The notes under the pieces: generated by a model | The model's database searches: none | What the model saw: only the letters and a program-made list of their open reading frames with translations | What the model was told of the DNA's origin: nothing | Translations under genes and position numbers: made by a program | Assembly (NCBI GenBank): GCA_012520615.1 | Contig: JAAYNX010000054.1 | Coordinates: 245-64,244, forward strand | Origin: Clostridiaceae bacterium | GTDB taxonomy: Bacteria; Bacillota; Clostridia; DSM-8532 | Direction of reading: 5' to 3' | Length of the DNA: 64,000 bases | Shown: in pieces, positions 9,572-18,700 of the stretch | How positions within the stretch are numbered: the stretch's first letter is position 1 | How the letters are laid out: each line of letters starts with the position of its first letter

Positions 9572-10927
9572 TTGAAGATAAAATCTTTTACTATATATAC
9601 TATAATAATTATATTAATAACTCTATCCATCCCCTTCCCATCGCTTGCCGAAGCGCAGCCTGACCTTACAGCCAAAGCATTTATTCTTATGGATATGAAA
9701 ACAGGCCAGGTTTTAGCAGAAAAAAATGCAGACGAACGGCGCTCTCCAGCAAGTACAACAAAAATAATGACTGCTTTAGTTGCACTTGAAAATGCAGATT
9801 TAGAGGATGAAATGACAGCCTCTGAAAATGCTATAAATAGCGTTCCTTATGATTATGTAACAGCCGGCATAAAAATCGGCGAAACCCTTAAATTCAAAGA
9901 TTTGCTTGATCTTATGATGATTACTTCCGCAAACGAAGCAAGCAATATTATTGCAGAAAACATTTCAAAAGATGGTACAATGCAGGGCTTTACTGATATG
10001 ATGAATTCAAAGGCTGCTGAGCTTGGCTTAACCGGTACCCACTTTACCAATGCAAATGGAAAAGAGGAAGAAGACCATTACACTACAGCAAGGGATCTGG
10101 CTATTCTCTCAAGGGCGGCCATGACTATGGATAAGCCTATCTTTAGAGAGGTTGTGGGCAGAAAAGAGTTTTCTATTCCGGATACGAACCTAAGAAAAAG
10201 CAGCGAATGGAAATTAGGTCACCTTACTTATACTAATGAACTGCTTACCTCCCACTCAAAATATTATTCAAAAGTAACCGGAATAAAGACCGGATACACA
10301 GATTTGGCAGGATTATGTTTAGTGTCCTCGGCTGTTAATCCTGATGGCCTTGAGCTGATAGCAGTTGTTCTTGGAGCAGAAGACAAAACTCACCAATTTA
10401 AGGATTCTCAAAATCTTTTAGAATACGGTTTTAAAAACTTTGGCGAACAGCAGCTTACGCAAAAAGGAGAATATGTTAACAGGTTTGAAGTTGAAGATGC
10501 TGTAGATGGCAAAAAAGTTGAAGTTATTACTAATAATGAATTTAGCCATATTCTTCCGTTGAATGAGGAAATCCGTACCAAAAATTTAGAAATTGTAAAA
10601 ACTTTTAATGAACCTTTTGTGGCACCTATTGCACAAGGGCAGAAAGTAGGGAAAATTGAATATATCTATGACGGTAAGCTGATCGGTACTGTGGAACTTG
10701 TCGCAAAAGAAGCAATAGAAAAAACTACAATTGCCATTTTACGTGATAAATACAAGGAAATAATAAACGATGAACGTTTTATATTCGGCGTGAAAGCAGC
10801 GGTAATAGTTATTGTGGCAATAATTATTCTGGGCTTTATATTGCGTTTTATAAACAAAAGAAAAAGACGTCGCAATAATTACTATTCCTCTAGAAAAAAT
10901 AATTACCGGTTTAGAGATTATAGATAA
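9572..10927 (+). CDS. Serine-type D-Ala-D-Ala carboxypeptidase (low-molecular-weight PBP, PBP5/DacB-like)
   Basis: SxxK (SPASTTK), SxN (SANEA) and KTG (KTGYT) motifs, an N-terminal signal sequence, and a C-terminal TM helix plus basic tail. Start uncertain: TTG 9572 has GGGAG 9 nt upstream, while the track start is 9563. Confidence 0.85.
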   Translation: MKIKSFTIYTIIIILITLSIPFPSLAEAQPDLTAKAFILMDMKTGQVLAEKNADERRSPASTTKIMTALVALENADLEDEMTASENAINSVPYDYVTAGIKIGETLKFKDLLDLMMITSANEASNIIAENISKDGTMQGFTDMMNSKAAELGLTGTHFTNANGKEEEDHYTTARDLAILSRAAMTMDKPIFREVVGRKEFSIPDTNLRKSSEWKLGHLTYTNELLTSHSKYYSKVTGIKTGYTDLAGLCLVSSAVNPDGLELIAVVLGAEDKTHQFKDSQNLLEYGFKNFGEQQLTQKGEYVNRFEVEDAVDGKKVEVITNNEFSHILPLNEEIRTKNLEIVKTFNEPFVAPIAQGQKVGKIEYIYDGKLIGTVELVAKEAIEKTTIAILRDKYKEIINDERFIFGVKAAVIVIVAIIILGFILRFINKRKRRRNNYYSSRKNNYRFRDYR

Positions 10928-11038
10928 AAAGATGATGTCTTAAAACAAGACGGTTATTTTGTTAAAGATTATTCACTTCTAAGGCTACTAATTATATGTA
11001 TGCGAATATCTGACCAATTCAGCTTTAGAGGTGATGTC

Positions 11039-12478
11039 ATGGCGGAAGCAGACAACCACAGTGTGAAAAACCTTCTTGTTTCTTTCATTTCTCTGCTTCA
11101 TTCAAAAGATAATATCAATATCAGAAACGTACGGTTAAATCGCATTAAATACATGTTGATCTTTCCTTTAGCACCCGTTTTTGCAAATATGCAGGGCACT
11201 TTGTTCAGCGACTCAATCCGGCTTTTCGGGCTCGATGCAATGACGCTTATGGGCAGTGCTTATTGTCTAGGAGCTGGAATGTTGTTTGCTCTAGCCAAAG
11301 TGAAAAACCTGGCAGTGACTACCCGCATATTTGCCTCTTTTACGGCAGTTACTTATATTCCGTGGTTATTTATACCCGAAAGCCCATTGAGTCTGCTTCT
11401 GGCAATCCTGTTTATGTTCGGTCTGGGGGGGTGTGCCGCATGCGCAGCTTTTTCATACACCTTTGCGCTTAACAATACGGAACGGCTTCTTGGTGCCGCG
11501 GCGATTTCGTTTTTCTTTGCGCTGAATCAAATTGACTCCGGTCTATCCCTTATATCCGGATTTTTTAATAGATTCTATTTGACGTCGCTTGTTGCAGGCA
11601 CCTGCATCTGCCTTTTCCTTTATAATACAAACGATTATTCGGAAGTTGAGAGAAGGCCAAAAGCAAAGCTCAATTCCGCTCTCAAGCTAATGTTGTATTT
11701 CTTCATCGCCCATTATTTTGTCGAAATATTTTACACTTATCTGCCGGGTGCATCTATGCCCGACGCTATGGTGGCAAACGGGGCAGTGGGCGTTTTGGTA
11801 GTTGTTCTTACGGTTGCTTTACAGTTTATCACCAAACGAAGTGTCTGGAATATGTGCAACCTGTTTTTCTTGGCTATGATTTGTACCTACATACTTTATT
11901 TTTCACCCGAAGACTCTCTCTTCAGGTATGCTGCCCGTTACATACATGGTTTTGAGCAGATGGGCTATATCGCGGCATATTACCTGCTTGGCTGTGTGTT
12001 CAAAAAACACGGAGATTTTTATACATTCAAGCTGTGCGTTGTTACAATCCTGCCATCCAGCGTGCTGTCATATATAATTCCGGGTATATTCTCGGCTTAC
12101 GCGCCCGATTTGCTGCCTCACGCGGCGACAATCACCTCCGGTATTATTTTTATCATATTTATACTTTTATCTCCTGCCTATTCAAAACATTTGTTTTTTG
12201 CCGAATGGGCTGATGATTTTTACTGTGCCGATATGTCGGAAGCCCCCGATGAGGCGGAAGAATCTAATATGCTGGAGGGACTGGGGCTGTCACCCCGCGA
12301 AAAAGAAATAGCCGCACTGCTTCTTTGTGGGCATTCGGCTAAACAGATTGCCGAAAAACTTGGAATCACAACCAATACAGCAAATTTTCATATTAAGAAT
12401 CTGTATAAAAAGCTTAATATCGGCAGTCGTTCAGAGCTGTTTGCACGATTCGGCACCCTGCCCCGCCGGACTGTGTGA
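11039..12478 (+). CDS. Membrane-embedded LuxR/GerE-family transcriptional regulator (~12 predicted TM helices + C-terminal HTH)
   Basis: C-terminus LSPREKEIAALLLCGHSAKQIAEKLGITTNTANFHIKNLYKKLNIGSRSELFARF is a LuxR-type HTH. The preceding ~400 aa are a run of hydrophobic helices. Start at ATG 11039 (GAGGTGA upstream); the track start is 11000. Confidence 0.8.
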   Translation: MAEADNHSVKNLLVSFISLLHSKDNINIRNVRLNRIKYMLIFPLAPVFANMQGTLFSDSIRLFGLDAMTLMGSAYCLGAGMLFALAKVKNLAVTTRIFASFTAVTYIPWLFIPESPLSLLLAILFMFGLGGCAACAAFSYTFALNNTERLLGAAAISFFFALNQIDSGLSLISGFFNRFYLTSLVAGTCICLFLYNTNDYSEVERRPKAKLNSALKLMLYFFIAHYFVEIFYTYLPGASMPDAMVANGAVGVLVVVLTVALQFITKRSVWNMCNLFFLAMICTYILYFSPEDSLFRYAARYIHGFEQMGYIAAYYLLGCVFKKHGDFYTFKLCVVTILPSSVLSYIIPGIFSAYAPDLLPHAATITSGIIFIIFILLSPAYSKHLFFAEWADDFYCADMSEAPDEAEESNMLEGLGLSPREKEIAALLLCGHSAKQIAEKLGITTNTANFHIKNLYKKLNIGSRSELFARFGTLPRRTV

Positions 12479-12517
12479 AATCCCCCGTTCAGATGAAGAT
12501 AAAATGCCCGGACATAT

Positions 12518-12559
12518 AAAGCGCCCTCCCGGATTCGAGAAGAGCGCTTTTAATTTTTT
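12518..12559 (+). terminator. Probable intrinsic terminator after the LuxR-type gene
   Basis: AAAGCGC...GCGCTTT outer stem followed by TTTTAATTTTTT. The interior pairing is imperfect. Confidence 0.5.
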
Positions 12560-12628
12560 AAGGGTATTACAGTTTCCTCGTCATACTGTGCGAAAACTAT
12601 CAATAGTATTAAAGCTATACAAGTTTGC

Positions 12629-12721
12629 GGCTGTAGATTGTGCGATTTAGCGCTCCATCTCCAACATCCAGTTTCCAGTCGCGCTCGCTACGCAATCCTT
12701 GCTTCGCTTTAAATCGCAGCA
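12629..12721 (+). repeat. X-module repeat copy (long imperfect hairpin)
   Basis: GGCTGTAGATTGTGCGATTTAGCGCTCC...CAGTCGCGCTCGCTACGCAATCCTTGCTTCGCTTTAAATCGCAGCA aligns with 31929..32029. A 24-nt block GCTACGCAATCC(A/T)TGCTTCGCTT differs at one base. The outer stem is GCGATTTA/TAAATCGC. Confidence 0.75.
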
Positions 12722-12767
12722 ACCACGCCGCTCATTTACGGTTGAATTAACAAACAGTCTGTCGTCT

Positions 12768-15700
12768 TTATGCCGACTTCCAATCAATGCTTGTGTCAAA
12801 GCTTGCGTTGACCGATCCTTCGACCTCGAAGAGCCATAGATCAAGGCTGTAGGATACCGTACACGAGCAGGCCAGCGACCAGCAATCGAAAGGATATGCC
12901 GAACCTATCTTACCTCTTGCATCCAGATAAAAACTGATGATATTGAACTTTTTGGAGCCAACCTTGATGCCCCCCTCAATTCCGCCCTTTAGATAGAGCT
13001 CCAAAGTGAAGGAGTTGTCTGCAAAGTAATAGGCACCGTCAGCCCCCGCATAAAGATAACCGCGCAGATAAACAATGAAGACCTCAACGCTCTTATCCAA
13101 CCCCAGCTCCATCTTAGCCTGAACCATGGAGTCCCCGCCTTCATCGATGCGGAAACCAACTCCCATACCCAGATGGAAGATACCTATGTTTCCTACCAGC
13201 GTTTCCGGGTATCCAAGATAAACTCCGAACAGGCGGGGACTATATTCAAATCCAAGGCTGCCGCCAACCTCAGCCAGTAGCAGATTAATCCTGTCCAAGG
13301 TCATACTGAAAGAAAAGTAACGATCAGGATGGCTGTACCTTATGGCAGCGGAGCCCACCTTTGTGAAGCCTCCGTCTCCCTCAATCACCGAGCTGATGCT
13401 TAGCGGAAGATAAAGGCTGCCGCTGGCACTCACCGAGGGGCCGCGCTCAAAGCCAAAATACAGGTCACGTATCTCGCAGAGCCTTGAAACTTCAAGAGTT
13501 CCTCTTATTCCCGCAGCGAAGGTTGAATCGCTGCCTTGATGCACATGAAGATTTTCAATAAATCCTTTCATATGACCGGCCTGATTGGGGAACTCAAACC
13601 GTTGCTGCTCATCTCGTGAGATTTCCATGTTATAGGTGACCATGCCCGTAAAGTTACGTACCTCACCGGCACCCAGCGATATTTTTCCTCCCTGGCTGCC
13701 GGGAACCAGTCCGACCGCGAAGTAACACCTGTCGTTTTGCTCATCATATCCAAAGCGGGTTTCTGCTTTAATTGGCATACCTTTTAGCTGCTGTAAAAAG
13801 TTGAAATTCAGCTCCTTGGTATCGAATTCAACAAGTCCTCCGGCATTCTGTACCTTCTTAGGCACCAAAACCCCGGAAACGTCCACACAACCGTCAAAGG
13901 ATGTTTCAAGGACCGAAAGGGATTCATCGTATATAACTTTCGGATTGCCCAAAACAGCGGGGCACTCTATAATCAGCTGATCGGTAGTGTCACTTGAAAG
14001 AGCTATAATGTCTGAGAGTAGTGTCGCACCGTACAGATTCATTCTGACTGCTCCCGATTCCCTGTGTACAAGCTCAAACCTTCGTATCTCCATGGGAAAA
14101 CCTTCAAAGTCAATATTTACAGGTCTGGTCAGAAAAGCAGTTGTATATTTACGTCCCAGCGCATCTGTTTTATTACCTGCCAGAGTTTTATCAGCCGGGA
14201 TGACCATATCCGAGAAAGCTAGGATTTCTGCCGATGAAATGCCCGCAACCGGTGCGTCACGCTCGGGTAGCTTAAGTCCTCCGCTGATGTGCAAACCGTC
14301 TTCCTTAAAGAATCCACCATCTATTTTTATGTCGATATCATTCGCCAGAGCATCTTCAATCATTGTCGGAGCCACAGAACATAGAAATGCTCCCTTCTTT
14401 CCGTCTTCATTATCCTCCTTATTTGTATACAACTTGACTTTCAACCAATTATTCTGTAACAGATCAACCCTAGCCTCTGCGTTGATTTCAAGGTTTACAC
14501 GATTTGCATACAGGTCAAGCAGACAGTCGTAAACAATCACCTCATTAAAGCCCCCCAATTTTTCTCCAAAGTCGGCGGGGACTCCTTCGGTGTTATAGAG
14601 ATAGGTTTGATAGTTGAAGCCGTTTAAATCGTATATCATCTCGCCCTCGGCAAGTTTAAAATCAATAGCTCCGCCTCCGTCACGCTGGATAAAATCGGGA
14701 GGCAACTTAAGGGTACCGCTCTTAATTATAAGCCCTACCCAGAACGGCTTTTCAGTTTCATTGGGAGTCTGGGAGCCGCCCTGTTTGGGTAAGAATCCCT
14801 CCCTGTCAAGATCAACAGTTACACCGGTTGGAGCCACCACCATAGCTTGGGCGCGCTGGGTCGAGGTGTCGAGGCTGCGTTCTGTAATCCTTGTCGGGGA
14901 CATATGGCTGTTTTCCATTACAAAGCCCTTTCCGGTCCAATCATTAACCTCGATGGGAATCCATGAGCACTTATCCTGAAGTGAAAAGTCGTCCGGAACA
15001 ATCAGCAAACCGTTTTGCTGTACTGTTTCCCCAAACTGTATAAGCCCCGCACGCATTGCGGCTTCCAGTAAGTCCGTCAGATTGCCTGCCGCAAGCTCAT
15101 CCATCTCATTGGTTTTTGGGTGGCCCCCCACATATGTCGCGGGGACATCCTCTCCCGTAACACCTTCCTGCTCAAAGGGAAGCACCATTTTCCCTGATAA
15201 ATATCCTCCTGAAAGAACCTCTCCGTCTACAAACACCAGAGCGGCAAAATCCACCCGAAGTGCGGCTCCGCCCGGCGCAAGAAGCTGCAGGCTTTGTTCT
15301 TTGTCTACCATAATACTTCCGCTCATTCTGCCTTGTAAGTCGAATTTTAGGTTAGTTGCCGGAATAAATTCCAACCCCTCGTTATTCAATGTTTCAAGGT
15401 GTGATTTCATTATGACTTTACCGCCTACCAGCGTGATAAGATCCTTTGCATTTAATTGTTTCCCATTGAGCCGTATCCAGATCTCCCGGTGATTTTGAAG
15501 AATAAACTGCTCATACCGGATTACAGGCAGTTTCTTATCCACTATAATATTCCCAACCTGAAGCTCAGCATCTTCAAACTCAAGAGCATACATATCTCCA
15601 ACCAGATTTCGATTAAACGTACTCTTTATATAACCGCTCACTTCAGCTCTGCCCATATGGGGAGCAACAGCCAGACTCACAAGCTTCACCCCGATGCTTG

Positions 15701-18700
15701 GCAGTTCAACAGGCGCCGTTATATAGGCATACCCGCGGTACATAGTATCGTAATTGCTCCCCTTTGTAATCTCGGCTTCATCAATTACCACCGGAATCGT
15801 GGTTTCATAACCGATATCCAGCTTGGCCGTACCTGAATATCTTTGAGAATTCACGGGTTTTTTCAGTTTAACTTCGGTAAGCCTAAAGTTCATGCAATAC
15901 ACCAAATCTGAATTAAACTCCTCATATCCGGACACAGCCGGGGGGGCTACATACGGAACAGGCGACTGGGAAGCTGTAGAAGCCGCAGTCAGCATAGGTG
16001 ACTGATCAGCCGAAACACTCAAAGCCTTTAAATCTCCTCCATTATACGCCAGACCAAGGGGATCTAATGGCACAGTTGTTTCTTTTGGTTTTTCAGGTGT
16101 ATTGGGCGTGGACAGGGAGGTAACATTAAGGCTTATTTCCTTTGAATCGGTGCCATAAGAATTGGTAACCCGAACTACAAAGCGGTATTTACCCGGATCA
16201 ATAAACTTGCTTACCGTTAATAGCCCTGAGCTGTCGATACTAGCCTGGGAAGGAACATTCATTCGTGGCGACACCGGCTCAAGGCACCAAGACAGGGGCT
16301 TTGTACCGGTGGCATTAAGCTTTACTTTTAAGTCTTTACTTCGGGTAATCATTTTAAAGCTGTATTGGTCGCTGCGCTCATCCAGTTTCGGTACTTCACC
16401 AACCTCCAGTTTGCGGGATACCTTAAGCGTAAAGGAATCTGTATGCTCACCAAAGTCATTCTTAGCTTTTAAGGTTACAGTATAAACTCCTGCTTTGAGG
16501 GATGAATCCGAAATAAACTTTCTTGCTCCTTTATCGATGGAAAATTCTTTTATCGAATTTCCCGTAGCATCTTTTACTGATGCGGATACAGTGATTGGCA
16601 CGGTGCCTGTAAGTTCATATTGTACACTGTATGAAATACCTTCAAAGGTATTAAATTCTTTTTCTGCAACCGTAATCTTTGGCGCGGTTCCGGCAGGTTC
16701 GGGCAGGTCTTCAGGAATCTCTATTTCAGGGGGATCCATTTCCGGAATCTCAGGAGTTTCACTTTCCAAAGGATCCTCAGGAATTTGATTTTCCAAGGGA
16801 TCATCAGGGATTTGATTCTCTACTGGGTTCACGGGAATAATAGTCTTTAGATCAGACACGAATGGCAGACTAACCATAATAGGCTCAGAGAATTCTGAAA
16901 GATAGCCTCCGGTGTCAAGAACTTTTACTTTGTACCAGTTAAATGCGAATATGTCGGCCTCAGTATCCTTCCATTTGGGTTCAAAAAGCAGCGGGCTTGC
17001 CTGATAGTATGTCCCGTCTTTTTTGTCCGATCTATACACAATATAACCCACAGTATCGGCCAGACACTGATCCGGTGTCAGGGGAGACATTCTGGCTAAG
17101 TTCCATGAGAGATGGGGTACATTATCAACAATCTCGCCGGTTAATCCGTCTATGGGATCGAACGGACGGTTCCTGCGTGGAGTTGCCTCCACAGGCTCAG
17201 GCCGTGAAGAACCAAGATTGTCGTCGTTCCATGCTTGCACCGTGTACAGATATTTCACGCCATATCTGGCAGTTGTATCAATTATGGACAGCGGTTTTAA
17301 AAGCCCTGTGGCTGGATCAACTGCTTCGGTGGTATCCTCATCGGCAGACAGCTCTCCAACCTTTGTCCAGACTATCTTTCCCAGCATTCTTTCGCTTAAG
17401 TCCTTATAATCGGCAAGCGCCAGAGGACCAAATCTATCCAGTATCTGATTATACGCATCAAGAGCGCTCTGTTTTCCAAGAGAAGCAATGTTTTCTGTTA
17501 TAGAGGAGGATTTTGCGAAAGGAATGGTCTTAAATCTGCTAACCGGCAGAATACCGGCACCCTGTGCAGCCGTAGCCGGTAGGGAGCCTGGATTCAACGA
17601 TTTTTCCAGTATTCCGGTCATAAACACATCTGCCTGGGATGGCGGCTCAAATAAGCCCGAAAGAACTTCGGGGTTATCGTTAAGCATTTCAAAATAAACT
17701 TTATCGCTTATAACGGGTATTGCGGCTCGGTAAATCTCGTACCTATCGCAATGGCTGACAGCTGAAAAATTGATTTGCACACCATCCTTGCGTGAGAGGG
17801 GCAGTAATAGATTGGGAGTTTCAGGTGGTTTGGTGGATGGAACCCGGAAGCGCTGCACCCGTCCAACCGCTGATTCCACTCCCCACAGGGAAACCGATGT
17901 TACTTTATAGTAATAGTAATGGGCAAAGGACTGCTCAACCCGCTCTGTATATTTGGGAATCTTCAAATTATCACCAACCAGTGTCCATTCAAGGGTCGAT
18001 TCATCAATAGGCTTTTTAAAAGAGGATACCTCACTGCGGTAGATACGGTAATAGTCAACCTGGGGATCATCGGGAATTTCCCAGTTAACATAGACATATC
18101 CGCCTTCGGGAGCATCGGGGATACCCTCCGCACCGATGAATGCATTGGCATATTCCAGATACGGGTTTTCCATGGTGGAAAGTTCATAAGAAAAAGTAAT
18201 TTCCGGCTCAAGGCAGACTAAGAAGAGAGAGAGTCTTCCCGGCTCGTTGGAAAGGCCTCCTACTACCATTTGATTCTGGGTTACAGCCGACTCGTTCACC
18301 CGTCTCCATCTGCCCATCCTCAAAAGCTCGGTACGGGACATGTTCTGCATTTCCTCCAAAGGCTCAGGCTCAAACAAAGGCCTGTAAATAACATATCCTC
18401 CTAACCCTTCGCCGTTGTATACCGGCCATTTAAGGCGTGCGGTGCCATCAGGCAGTACATCCTCGCCACGGACAGCAAGTAACATGTGTATATAGCGGTC
18501 GTCAGGCAAATTGCCGTAACTCTCGTCAAGAATCTTGGACGCAACCGACCCGGCAATAAGGAAATTTCCTATTTGCGCCCCCTCATTTTTTGCGTTGATA
18601 AGTGTATCAGGGTATGCCCCGGCCGGGCATGGCCTTGTGGGAATATTCGCCGTGGCTGAGGCATCAAGATCGGCGTAAGTAATAATGTCAGGTTGAATAA

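Noticed and set aside
12647-12844. 65-aa minus-strand ORF and the 107-aa plus ORF 12327-12650
   Set aside because: The first spans the X repeat and overlaps the end of the giant gene. The second is an alternate frame of the LuxR-type gene running through its terminator. Neither has an RBS.
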